Positions 23,507 through 35,902 are shown, counted from the first letter of the whole stretch. The stretch is DNA of 59,145 nt, filler included, from Nemertoderma westbladi (GCA_032718475.1; 3 parts of 3 records of this genome joined end to end with filler, not necessarily neighbours in it); one strand, 5' to 3'. Translations and numbers: made by a program. The notes: generated by a model from the sequence alone, not told the origin.

Positions 23507-23609
23507 GCAGTAAATGAAAATTTATAGAACTCGCCCAGTAGGTCGTCTACAGGCTACAGCTGTAATTTAATAGGCAGATACATAGGTCAAATAAATACCA
23601 GCAGTACCG

Positions 23610-23998
23610 GTAGGGTAAAGTGGGGTAAATTGAACATGGGGCAAAGTGAACTGATTTAAAATCAAATTAATCAATTTTTTTTAAACACATATTTTGAAGT
23701 CAGTGGAGTCTTATAACATGCAGATATAATGTATCTGCATGAATTTCTAATGTTGTTAGGTTAATATGTTGACTCCCAAAGTAGTAATTCATTTGTAACC
23801 TTAGAATTTTCATGCTTGAGACTTGCAACTACATTGTTATTTTTATATCATGTTTGTTACTATGTATATAAAATATGTTTACTTTCACTGAAAATGAAAG
23901 TTAAGTAGTGACTTAATAACATATGATACGATATTTTCACTAACTTATCAGATGTTCATGGAATGTCATACTATTTATAACGTTCACTTTACCCCATA
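23610..23998. mobile_element. Possible degenerate MITE
   Basis: TGGGGTAAATTGAAC and TGGGGCAAAGTGAAC on the left; inverted GTTCACTTTACCCCA at ~23982-23996. Confidence 0.4.
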
Positions 23999-24004
23999 CA
24001 TTTA

Positions 24005-24285
24005 CTACTAGGATTGGCATGCTGCATTGCAGCTGCATTTTCAAGAATGCTGTACCAGCCTGTCGACAAAATCGCGCCGCCACAACTCCATATCATCCAT
24101 GACATTTGCTAGATCATCTGCATCTTCAAGGGCAGTGTCCTTATTCACTCCATGAGGCTGCCAAAGCACAAGATTATGTACTGACTGGTCCTCACTGCGA
24201 AAGCAATGTCCTGCAAAGCAGAGGCGACTTTGTTAGAGTGTCAAGCTTGAGAGAACCAATGAGACACCTCCAATGTTATATAGTC
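24005..24285 (-). pseudogene. RTE LINE 3' remnant (copy of 3970-4305)
   Basis: Reverse-complement similarity to 3970-4305, including the GCAATGCAGCATGCC.ATCCTAGTA end. Confidence 0.7.
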
Positions 24286-24460
24286 AATGTCACTGTTATT
24301 ATTGAGGGTCTGCTTCCGCTGCAGGCCATTTATTCAATTTAATAAATACACAATATTCGGGAACATTTTGTTTATCTCATAAGTAGCTGGGCAACAATGC
24401 AATGCCTATAATAATAATACTAGTGCATGGATATTCATAGATAAACAAAATGTTCCAGAA

Positions 24461-24560
24461 NNNNNNNNNNNNNNNNNNNNNNNNNNNNNNNNNNNNNNNN
24501 NNNNTTAATTAATTAANNNNNNNNNNNNNNNNNNNNNNNNNNNNNNNNNNNNNNNNNNNN
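24461..24560. other. Assembly gap with TTAATTAATTAA linker
   Basis: N-runs flank a 12-mer that gives stop codons in all six frames. Confidence 0.95.
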
Positions 24561-24813
24561 ATGGCCGCGATATGGAGGGTGCGTGAAGAATGGCCGCGAT
24601 ATGGAGGGTGCGTGAAGAATGGCCGCGATATGGAGGGTGCGTGAAGAATGGCCGCGATATGGAGGGTGCGTGAAGAATGGCCGCGATATGGAGGGTGCGT
24701 GAAGAATGGCCGCGATATGGAGGGTGCGTGAAGAATGGCCGCGATATGGAGGGTGCGTGAAGAATGGCCGCGATATGGAGGGTGCGTGAAGAATGGCCGC
24801 GATATGGAGGGTG
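24561..24813. repeat. Perfect 29-bp tandem repeat ATGGCCGCGATATGGAGGGTGCGTGAAGA
   Basis: About 8.7 identical units running into the gap; no spacers. Confidence 0.95.
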
Positions 24814-25359
24814 TAATTTCGCAAAACAAGTATTTTTATAAACGCTTATATAAAAAAGTTAAAGGGAAAATATAAACAAACTTATGGCTCCGTCTTAACA
24901 GCGGTGGTAAGTTGTACAAGTTGAGTTTCAAATTTTAAGCAATATGATAAAGATTTGTAGAAAAATATGGGGCGGAGGTCCGTGTCATCAGAAAATGACA
25001 CTAAATTACGGTTCATGGTGGTATCACGACATTCTTATTAATGTTGTTAACGATATTTCAACAATTTTAGGCGAAAATGGGAACAAATGTGAAAACCGCG
25101 GCTAGTGAGAATTCGTGAGAAACTTTTCTTTGGGATTGTGACATTGGGATTAACGGGAGATAAAAAGGCAATAATGGGAGGTGAAAACTGAAAATGTAAT
25201 TTTGTGAGATAATATTATTATGTTAAACAAATAAAATAGCTTCTTCCCATATAACCCTTCGATTGCTGTTGTATGCAGAAGTGAAAATCCCAATCGCGAA
25301 GCTCGCCGTTCTGGAGAACTATTAATTATTGGACTAAATACTAATAGGTTGATACTTAC

Positions 25360-26830
25360 GACAAATATACGACAGATTTAATTAAAGCTGGTCGTTTTCT
25401 CGAATCAATATAATGTTGCAGTTGATCCAAACCGTCGAACAAGCGACTAAATATCGGCGCTTCCATTATCAGCACAAACGCGCCCCCAATCCTGTAAAAC
25501 ACGAATACGAATATTGGTGAGGCTTGTGATTACCAAATAGGCGTACCTAGTGTGGGTGAGGCAGCATCCATGCCACGCAACACGTTAGGAGAGCGAGAAG
25601 TTTATAGAAATTCTCCAAGCGACATTGGCGAGTTTCCCAGCTTAGCAAAGGTTATCAAATACGATCCATACTTTGTATTTCTCAAAGAAATTCGGATATT
25701 ATAAACCCATGAAAAGTATATTACACATGCAAAACAAAGGATAATAGCTTTAGCCGATTAAGCATAACTAGCATATTTATTTGATTTTTTAATTCCTTCT
25801 TGTACCGGGTACTGTTACAATTTATGTGACTGCAGGACTGTGCAATGTCTAGTTTACTTATCTGGATTGGATTTATATGGCGACACACAATACTGTTTTT
25901 AGATCCGCTAGGGAGATCTCTAGTGCTCTAGTATTCACTCCGTTGAAGTTGTTGGTGTTGTTAAATTCCAGTTTATAAGTCTTCATACGGCGCAGTGGTG
26001 AAGTTGGTTGAGCGGGGAGACTTGGAATCTCTAGGTAACGTGTTCAATTCCCCCTTTTCGGTGAATTTTTTGGTAGTAAGCCATTCAAGACAGTTCATGC
26101 GTTAGTAGATGCGGACCTTTGCGCGATTTCGCGCTTGTTATTATTGAACTTACATTATTATCAATCCGGAAGCGAAACAAAGCGGAGTAAATGTAACACA
26201 TCTCCAAAGTCCGAAGCAGATAGCTACTGCAATATAAAAAAACAAACAACACTAAATACTGATACTGAAATATAATTTGTATACATAATTTCAATTTCTA
26301 CATTTTCCTCAATCAGTCAATTTTCTATCTCATTGGTTAATAAAAGTACCAGGTCGCAGCCGCAGGTGTGTTAGATATTGCAATTTATTGAAATTTATGT
26401 AATAGTAGGCAGGCCTATTATTATTACTAGGAAAGAAAAAATATTTACATTTAAATCTACATGATCTACAGAGACCTAGCTACGGTATCGGGATCTGCTA
26501 TAAGCTGATAACCGGTAGCTGGGTAGCCTATACAGCTATACCCGTGGTACCGGTATAGCTTAACCGTGCAACCGTGACAGCCATATAAGGCTATATGTAT
26601 AGATATTAATAATAATGTACCGGTATATATAATATAGGCCTATATATATATATAGAGTGTCCCTGAGTGAACGAACTGCAAATAGTGCAAAAGCTGAAAA
26701 ATTTACAGCGACAAAGCAACTTACGGATTCCAGTTAAACAACAGACACATTTAATTAACAACTTCATCCACCAAGACACTTCATCCTGAGGGGAAGGTAG
26801 AACCCCTCCGCTCCCTTCTCCTCCATCCAT
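25360..26830 (-). CDS. CACFD1: Calcium channel flower homolog, exons 1-3 (26725-26830, 26154-26226, 25360-25491); 3' exons not found
   Basis: GT-AG joins are phase-compatible. Spliced product: MDGGEGSGGVLPSPQDEVSWWMKLLIKCVCCLTGIL-AICFGLWRCVTFTPLCFASGLIIM-IGGAFVLIMEAPIFSRLFDGLDQLQHYIDSRKRPALIKSVVYL, matching the Flower WW, GLxxC, EAP and KxxxY motifs. Confidence 0.85.
25989..26063 (+). pseudogene. tRNA-like sequence (Pro-TGG anticodon arm), pseudogene or SINE head, in a flower intron
   Basis: A-box TGGTGAAGTTGG, anticodon arm GGAGA-CTTGGAA-TCTCT, B-box GTTCAATTC, downstream T6. The acceptor stem does not pair. Confidence 0.45.
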
Positions 26831-28606
26831 AACACATAAAGAAATAACTCGTCTTGCAGTTGATATAGAATACGCTCTACTGCTGTACTGCTCAATGGGT
26901 AGACTCACTCAGCTGCTCAGGTGGTCAGGCCTAACAGTATAAGCCAGCAGAGATATGAAACGTTGAATACCGGTATCAGTATCACTGTACCAAGGTCAGA
27001 AGGTACCGGTAGTTTGTTGTTTATATGTTGTCAATCGTCTAACTGCAAACTGCGTATCATGTTGCTGAGCTACCGTAATGCGCAGAGCACATGTGACATG
27101 TACTGTACATTTACATATCAGTCAGTCAGTACTGTATAGCAGTACTGCAGTAAACTGGTATAGTTAGTTTACAGCAGTACAATCAATGTAGGCCTAGTGC
27201 AGTAGTGTTGTAGTGGCTAGTACTAACAGGGTAATAGTACGTAGTGCAGCCATAACTAAAGAGCATCAGCTGTGTGTGTGCCACGTGATATGTCTCAGTT
27301 AGTTGCTGTACGGAAATACAGCAGCTAACTGTCACCTTTCTTTAAACTGACAACAACATAAATTGTTTACTGTGGGTAAATCAAAATACAGTGGTACCGA
27401 ACTACACGTTCGTGGGGTATTCACGAGGGCTATAAATTATAACTTACTGTACAGTAGTATAGACAGTACCAACTGAGACAGACCCACATATTATCAACCA
27501 TTGTCTTAGTCGTCCTCTAGAGGATACTGGACTACTGGATATAACTCCTGAGCCCACCACGCAACTTGATGGAACCATGACCTACTATATCCACAACTCC
27601 CATCTCGGCGAATTAATATTTCGCCTCAAAGTTAAATTATCCATGAAGAGAAAGGAACAGGTTGAGGTTACTGTGACGAATACAATAAATGAAAGACAAT
27701 AGAATAGGTTATAGTTATATTTTTGGGAGTCAGCTGTTATTTCCGTCGCGGAAGTGGGTTGAATTTTGGTTGCATCGAAAGGCGCACTCAAAGACATTTA
27801 ACCCTCTGGTGGCAGCCTAATGAATACCAGACGGGGGGGGGGGACTTCGGTAACAAACTAACCAACTGTGACAACTATGTTATACACGAGGTCCTGACTC
27901 TGACACAGGTAGGCCCTACTGTACTTATCTGGAAAGCAGAAACTAAAATTATGTGTTCCATCGTGTCCGTTATACCGTAATTCCAAATCAAGGTTTAATT
28001 ATTGTGTGAATAATTGAACCCAGCCCTCACTAGCCCATATGTACAATAGGATCGAAACGTGACAGTTTAGCTAACCAGTAGCTCCGACCAATCAGTGACG
28101 ATCTACGGCCATCAGCATTCAGACGTTTAGATCCCGATTTGCATATGTCGGGTATAAAAAGCGATGTTTCGTCACTTTCTTTTTCACACCCTCTGCCTGC
28201 GAAAGCCCCTTTTATATTTTTAGCGGCAATTTTATTTGTAATTAATATTTCTGCAATTAATTTCTGTAATAATTTCTGAACCTTGTGCACTTAATAATCT
28301 ACTTATTGATAATAATGATATAATATACTGAGTAGTTCCGGAAGTTCACTTCAGATTCTCAAGGTTTTTCTCAACTTCCTACATACAGTCCAATTCAACT
28401 CTTAATAGGTGTCGAATAGCCCGCTCTCACTTCACCACCCGACGGACGGATCACCTGCTCTCTCTCTCTCTCTCTCACTTGCGCCGTTCCTCACAATTGC
28501 TGTATGTCCAGAGTCCTTCTCTGGTTTGTAAAATTAAATTCGACTTTATAATATAAAATAAATATTAGTTGCATGATAAGAGTGAATATTATAGTAAACG
28601 ATAAAA

Positions 28607-31600
28607 TTATATTTCTAATTCACGAGGATTACATAAGAAATATAAAATAAAACAGCACCCAAGCATAGTAACGAACACGGTAACTACAGCAACGAAAATG
28701 AAATGGTCCGAGTTTCCCACAGGGAGGGCTATCGTTACCGGGTTAGCCGACTTCACCGAATCGAGTTTGTTCCACCAGCAGCGAGAAGATGAATCTTCTG
28801 GACACGGAGTGTACAGAATATATTGGAAGTAGGAACAAAGAATATCGGCCTGAAATTAGTAAATTATTGATGTAATATTAACAGATTTATATTAAAAAGA
28901 GAGCAATTAATAAACATAGTGAGGTCTATGAGCAGCACGTGAGAAAAGCAGCGAGTTAATGGATGTCTTGGTAAAATTTACTTTGCTTCACCAGCATTAT
29001 TGTGGCGAAGGAGTTACTCCCCAAGCTGGAGGACCCGACTTCGATTCGTCAACCTTGTTGGCATTTAGAACGGCGGACTTCCCATAAAGTTTCAGTTAAC
29101 ACTAAGAGTAAAGAGATGGGAACATTCGGGCCTGCGATTGTCGCATTTCTCGTTTACCATAACTATTTTATTATTAAAATTTTTTTTATAACTGTTTTAT
29201 AAGAATCTTACCTCGAATGATAAGTTTATTTCGCGAAAAATAACAAATTGTTTATATTTTCAATTTAATATCCCTAATTATGTATAATTACAAAAACCTT
29301 GATAACTCAGCTTGCCAACGAGACCTTGTTACTTTACACCATCTCCCTTGTAACAACCATTTTTAGGGGGCCGGAGCACCCACCCCCCCCCCCTCCCCGC
29401 TTTTTTTTTTCAAATTTCAATAATATGCTACGAAATTTGGTATGATGATAGTTCGACAATCTTTCTTACTGCTGGCAGAGCCGGATTTTTCAATTTTTGA
29501 GTATTTCGATACAACAAACCGTTAAAAATCGTCTATTTCGCAATATTTAATCACCTCCGTAGACTTTATTTTTCGTCTTTGGAATGAATGGCCCATGAAT
29601 GGGCCTTCATCTGCAGATTCAGAATCAGAAAACTAAATATAATAACTTAAATTTCACCAATAACTTCAGGAGATATTATCGAAATTCAAAGGTATATACA
29701 TTTTGACACGTAAATCGATATAATTCTAACGTTTTTTTTTTACTCAATTCTAGAATATTAATTACGCATAATGAAGAAACGTGCAGTTTTAAACCCTCAG
29801 CTAAATAATAATTAATATTCTAGAATATTAATTACGCATAATGAAGAAACGTACAGTTTTAAACCCTCAGCTAAATAATAATTAATATTCTAGAATAAAG
29901 ACAAAAAACATTAGAATTATGGCGATTTACATCTCAAAATAACACATTAGTATTATGATAATATCTTTACCAATTTTTGGTTAAATTTAAAACGGTTTTC
30001 TGATTCGGAATCTGCAGATGAATGCGGTTCTAATGATATCCAGATTACATTCCAAAGTCGAAAAATAAAGTCTACAGAGGTGCTTAAACATTGCTAAATA
30101 GACATTTTTTATGGACTTGTTGTATGGAAATAACTGAGAAATTGAAAAATCCGGCCAGGCCAGCATAGCAGTACGAAAAGGTATCAATCAATCATCATAC
30201 CAAATTTCATAGCAGTTTATTGAAATTTAAAAAAAATAGGGGGGGGGGGGGGGGGGGAGGGGCTCCGACCCCCTAAAAATGGTTGTAGTATTAAGTGAGA
30301 TGGTGTACTTGTTGAATCGGAATTCTAGTAACAAACACACAGATATTTAACCGAAATCGAATTCCCCCAAAATCCCCATGTCCGCGTGTCGTTCCCTTAG
30401 AACATTATTATTATATTTTGACAGACAGACCGACACATACGGCTATTTGAGCGAGAAGATTTGAACTTGAAATGCGTTATCTAGAGTTCATTTATTTTTG
30501 GTCTATTAAGTAAGGTAAGCTTTTTCAGCCGGATGAAATTGAGGAATTTTTACAGTAGAGACTCATGGTAACAGTACGTGCTGAATCTATCTTACCCTAT
30601 TGCAAAATTTTGAATTACAATTTTTAACTCAGTCAACTTATCGTTTTTGCTATTAAATATGAAACATTTAATTTATTAAAAATCGTTGTTAAATACTTTA
30701 TTAATAGCTTAGAACGGAATTCATAGTGTTACATAATGACGTTCCATGACCAGATTTTTAACAGTACCAACAAATCACTATAAGGTTTAGGAAAAACTGC
30801 GGTGTAACTGGTACAATATCGCCGGATACTTTTTTTTTTATAAACGCTTGTAGCTAATTAATGAAAGCGAAATTAAAAATTCTGCTTCACCAATTAAGGA
30901 GGAGGGAGGTGAAACTATCTCTGTTTAAGATTTCATGCAATCTCATCAGGATTTGTATAAATATTTGGGTGATGGGGTATTTCGCCTACGACACCATTTT
31001 TTCGGGGCCTAGCGATGGTGTAATAAGAACATTTACCTTTGAACATCGAATACCAATAGTTGGGAATTCTAGAAGTAATTCTTCTGGTACGGCACCGGTC
31101 GACGGATTGTGGTATCTTATGTGTATGGGCAGGTTGATATCCACGGTAATACTATCGGCACCACCGTACGATATCACATTCCCATAGACATAGACCACAT
31201 TGGGTTTACTACTACTAGCTGAAGCCTCCATATCTGTTAAAGTAATTAATACTTATTAATATTTTTTGTATTTGTAACGTTAGTGCAGTGTGCAATGTGC
31301 ATGCTGGCAGAATAGTAAAGGAGCAGGTTACAGAGGCGGATTAAATGAACCTAAACAATAAACGAACAACATCGGTTCACGATGGATGCAGCTCAGCTAT
31401 TTCTTTCCTTTATCTAATTGAAACGCTAGAAAGAGTTACTTCATTGTAGAATGTAGTTAATAACATTTATACTAATAGGAAAATATTTAGTTTTTGAAAC
31501 TACTAGCTTACTAAACTGTACTCGTACTGTTCTATATAGTATCAATCAAGTATATTGTTGATGTTTGCAATTTGAAGTCTATTAAAAATAAACCGACTAA

Positions 31601-31929
31601 CCGAATTTACTATTTGAGTGGACCAGCGGACCGCCTAGTTTATACAACTCCGCGCATTCGTGGAGGTCCATAGAAACCCCAGCGGGAATCACTTCGATAA
31701 ACGCAAGCTTGCAATCGCTATACATCGTTAGTTTATCGGGAGCCATGGCAACCGAAAGGAATGTGTGCAAGTTGCGATGGAAACCCCGACCCTCCAGAGA
31801 GCGCTGAATGTTTACAGCGTTGATGTCGAGGCAGTTAAAGTAACTGAAGTTGCTACTTGTAGTCGTGGAGGAAAACAAATGGAGAAGCAGGCAAGTAAGC
31901 GAAACAAAATAACGTAATAGAACGGCCAT
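28607..31929 (-). CDS. PIGX: Phosphatidylinositol-glycan biosynthesis class X protein, 3 exons (31602-31929, 31037-31233, 28607-28849), 255 aa
   Basis: Signal peptide; motifs GFHR, C..IPAGVSMDLHE, FDMEA, LPIHIRYH, PC..CWW and LPVG followed by a C-terminal TM helix. GT-AG boundaries in phases 1 and 0 give a continuous frame. Confidence 0.9.
29337..30305. mobile_element. MITE with ~400-bp inverted arms and TA target duplication, in PIGX intron 2
   Basis: TA|CACCATCTC...GAGATGGTG|TA. Arms 29337-29745 and ~29900-30305; central ~68-bp tandem duplication at ~29750-29895. Confidence 0.8.
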
Positions 31930-32381
31930 TTCAATCTCGATAGTTTTATAGGAAATATTGAATGTGACGCCGGAATATTGAATACGATTACGTATATTAT
32001 TAATTACACGTCCCGAACCGTCTATATGCCTATGGCATATAAGTTGAAAAATAAGAAATATATATATATATCCGATATCAGGATGAGGTATGCAGATGTT
32101 GTTAACTTGCTGTATTAAATGTCTTCATCAGTTTGTTATAATACTGTAATACTAATACAGCAATAGGCACATAAGTAACAACACCTGGATAAATCAAATC
32201 CTAACCGGCAAACAGCGTGGCTAAAAAACAGCGAGAAGGTTGGAAATATAGGCAATTGTAGTTTCAGTAGTTTACTAGTTAGACTCTCATATAGGCCTAT
32301 AGGTACCGGTATTCGGTATATTATTTGTCGGTAACGGCACAGCAACCAAGTAACCTGAGAATGCTGCAACGATGCCTGTCG

Positions 32382-32651
32382 TTATCCAGATAATGAATAT
32401 GGGGAGGGATACGTATCGCTGTAGTTTGGTAACTGGCTGCAGGAATAAAATACGCACATATCACCAACACAGTTGTAGCAAACGAGGATGATAGCAACGA
32501 TAAATAATACAGCGCAAATTGTGCACGGTTTACGCTCCAAGAAGAAACTAATCAGGTAGAAACTCATAAACATGCTATGGTTAAACCAAAGTGCCGGATT
32601 CAAAGGTCGTGGAACAAACAACACAGGAAGCAACCATTGTAAGCAATACAT
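32382..32651 (-). CDS. BLCAP: Bladder cancer-associated protein (BC10 family), 89 aa, single coding exon
   Basis: [40 protein letters not shown] is the BLCAP signature. Confidence 0.97.
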   Translation of the reverse strand: MYCLQWLLPVLFVPRPLNPALWFNHSMFMSFYLISFFLERKPCTICAVLFIVAIILVCYNCVGDMCVFYSCSQLPNYSDTYPSPYSLSG

Positions 32652-33259
32652 TGTTCAATCCCAGTATTAAATCCACGATGATGTAAATATAAGTAAAGAA
32701 GTGTACCGGTACCGGTAGATGGTAGACATCAGTGGTATAGCACCAATTCCGTACGTTACCGGTACAAATACATACAACAGTACTGCAGTACTGCATGCAG
32801 TACAAGCTGTTTAAAAATCGTTAAAATTGAAATCAGTGAATCAGGAAGTTTGGCTTAGTACACTGAATAGAGGCCAAGGCGACCTAAATTCAAAGTATAA
32901 ATAATAAAGTAAAATATAATCTATAAAGTATAGATAAAATAAATAAAGTATAAATAAAAAGTATAGAGTAAAATAAATATAAAGTATAGAGGTCGCCTTG
33001 ATAGAGCAATACATGATAGAGGCCGTAGCTCTTGGAGGCCAGCATATACTGTAGTTAGTTAGTTGAGCTGAAGCAGCTCGTATATTTAACATTATTAATA
33101 AATCACAGTAAAAATTATACAATATTTCATTAAATATAAATAGTAAAAATAGCGATTTGTCAATAATCAATCGATATACAGTAGTAAGATATACGAAAAA
33201 TATATATATGTACAATAATTCAGTATTTAGTTGAATAAATAGATTTATTGTTAAAATTT

Positions 33260-33902
33260 ACATTATTTACCGCTCAGTCAATGGGCTAGCGGTAAATAAG
33301 ATTTTCATATTTACCTAGGTAAATGGTTATTATTGCTCTTCAATCAGTCAACTTTATACTGTTATAAATACTGTACCATTCTGGGGCATTTTATTTATTT
33401 TATCAGTAGCTACGACTAGTAAAATGACATCAAGTAATTCATAATCTTCAAATAAATAATATCTTCCAGAATATTGTGTATTTTATTAAATATAATAAAT
33501 TGCCTGCCTTGCAGGCTGTAACGGATGCAAATACTGTACCTGCACTTTTTTAAATATCTCAGCTATTTATCAACGACATTACAGTAATAGTTATTTACAA
33601 ATTTGGAATCCTTACAACGACAACTTTCATTGGTTCACAACAAATCACAATAAGGACGAAGAATAACGGCGTTGCGACTGGTGCACGTGCAATACTTAAT
33701 TACTTATTAAACAATAATATGTTTTAATAATTATAATAATTATGATGATTTTAACAATAAAATTACATATAGTACGATGAATAAAACACGTTATTTACCT
33801 TTTCGCCCCTCGATCTGACTTATTTATCAGCCTCGCTGCGCTCGTTCGGTAAATAACAGATCTCGGGACGAACGGTAAATAAAGCATATTATATTTACCT
33901 TA
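33260..33902. repeat. Palindrome-rich non-autonomous element remnant
   Basis: Nested hairpins TATTTACC...GGTAAATA at ~33263-33330 and ~33790-33900, the latter with a CTCGCTGCGCTCG centre. Confidence 0.4.
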
Positions 33903-34082
33903 AAATAAAGAGTTGTTATTAACAATAAAATGGTACTGTAATAACCAGCATTCAGAATATCTAAATATTTCAAAAAGCATATGAACCATACCTTACTACT
34001 GTATACCTACTACATACTGTACAGTATGTCTAAAAATATGTGTAATTTTATGGTTTTGTTCAGAAATGGAAAAAACGAGAAA

Positions 34083-34800
34083 GCGCGTCACCGGGGGTTG
34101 AACCAGCGCTGTACGTACGTTTCAAACTATCAGGCCTCGTCAGTAGCGCTAACCAGTTCAGCCACTACAAAGTATCAGATAGTATTTCCAGGTCTATCTT
34201 TTACCCGAGCCGCTAGCTGGAATGGTTAGTAGGACATCAGACTTCCAACCCAGAGGTCACCATTTCGATTTCACCTGGACGTCATTGCCGACTTTGCAAA
34301 GTTGTGGTCAAAGAAAGGTATAATAATATGAAACCACTCATTCACCCATAACACCAATAATAAATTATAAATATAACGGTCGCAATTCTCTATGGGTGTA
34401 ACTGTCCTACTTAAATTAGTACTGTAGTTAGAGTGTATTATTAATCATTGTGGCCGTGATGGTTCATGGTAAATATACACTAGCCTTTCATTGTAGCGAG
34501 ATGTTAAAGAGGGCTAAGTAGGCCTACGGTAGGGTTGAGCACAGTGGTATCATATGAAGGCATTGACAGATGGGAGGCCATAAGGAGGTAAATTGCGGAC
34601 ATACAAGGTATCAGATAGTATTTCCAGATCTATCTTTACCTGAGGCGCTAGCTGAATGGTTAGAGCGTCAGACTTCCGACCCGGGGGTCATCAGTTCGAT
34701 CCCACCTGGACGTCATTGCCGACTTTACAAAGCTGTACCCAAAGAAAGTTATAATAATATGAAACCACTCATTCACCCAAAACACCAATAATAAATTATA
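34083..34800. repeat. Cluster of tRNA-derived repeats (one minus-strand, two plus-strand heads)
   Basis: 34083-34168(-) has TGGCTGAACTGG...GGTTCAACCC. ~34208-34285(+) and ~34645-34715(+) have TAGCTG(G)AATGG, and the last also GTTCGATCCC. The flanks are duplicated and also occur at ~9990-10350. Confidence 0.6.
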
Positions 34801-35902
34801 GCACAAGATTGCGCAAAGGCTGGTCCTTACGGCGAAAGCATTTAATGTCCTCCAAAGCAGAGAGGCGCGCGGTTCTGTTCAAGTGTCAAGATAAGGCTTC
34901 TGTATAGCGGTAAAATCACAGGCCGATTTACAAATACTGTATGTATACAGTAGCATATGTAAAAGCTTTTGCGGAATTAGCTGGTTATTTTCCCCGCAAA
35001 GTACTCTGTAGTTGGTTTAACGGACATAAAAAGCCGTTTCCTTACTGTACCGGTGTTTTAGTGAACATAAAAAGCCATTTCTTCTGTATGTGTACTTTAG
35101 CGGACATAACTAGCAATTTTATGTCGCAATACGCTAAAATCCTCTTGACACAGTGTAGTTACTATGACGACAGCTCACAGCTGATACAGCATATTTATTA
35201 AGACAACAACAAAGTCCTATCTGGCTTGATACTATAGAATAGAAATAAAATAATATTTTCTTCTAGTAAAATAAAGTTTTTGTATATATAAGGTTCACCT
35301 AACGTACGCTAAATGAGCAAATAAATATTATTCTAAACACAGTAAAAGCCCCACGAATGAGGAAAAAAATTGTTATTCCCCATTACAAACTGTTTAAAAT
35401 AACAATACAATGGTGGGCTATGTAAAAAAATATCCGAATTCGCCCTAGGGAAAATAACCAGTTATTAATCCTATCCCGCTTTTGGTAGCTTAGTTACAGC
35501 CAATCAATTAGAATATAAAAATAAAATATAAAATATTCGCATATTAATAGGTTCCATCCACTAGCTACCATGGTTACAATTCACAACCAATTTGTTTAGA
35601 ACTTATTACAGAGTTGTTGTCAGCAGATGATCCCGTAAGACAGCGACAAGTGTACAAAGGCCTTGCATACGTGGATGGTATGTAGTAGGTATAGTTAATC
35701 TGGAACCGATTTTAAAGATTGAGACTGATAATATGAGGAGAGTTCTAGAAATTCACATTTGTTGCAATTTCTTCAATGATCAAATGTCCCTTTCATATTC
35801 AAGCAACTGAATTTTATGGTAGCTATATAAACATAGCTATTATTTTCGGCACTACTGGTTCCGTTCTCCTACTTCCCCCTATAAATTTTGTATCGTAGCA
35901 TT

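Noticed and set aside
24485-24536. TTAATTAATTAA motif inside N-runs (also ~45199-45210)
   Set aside because: Artificial six-frame-stop scaffolding linker.
24561-24813. CRISPR-like 29-bp repeats
   Set aside because: The units are contiguous with no spacers, the context is eukaryotic and there are no cas genes.
27585-28290. Short ORFs between PIGX and flower
   Set aside because: No recognisable domains or consistent splice pattern.
32841-33215. 124-aa Tyr/Phe/Ile-rich ORF upstream of BLCAP
   Set aside because: AT-rich low-complexity sequence with biased composition.
34645-34715. Functional tRNA-Gly gene
   Set aside because: Acceptor and T stems pair poorly and the copies diverge; treated as a tRNA-derived repeat.
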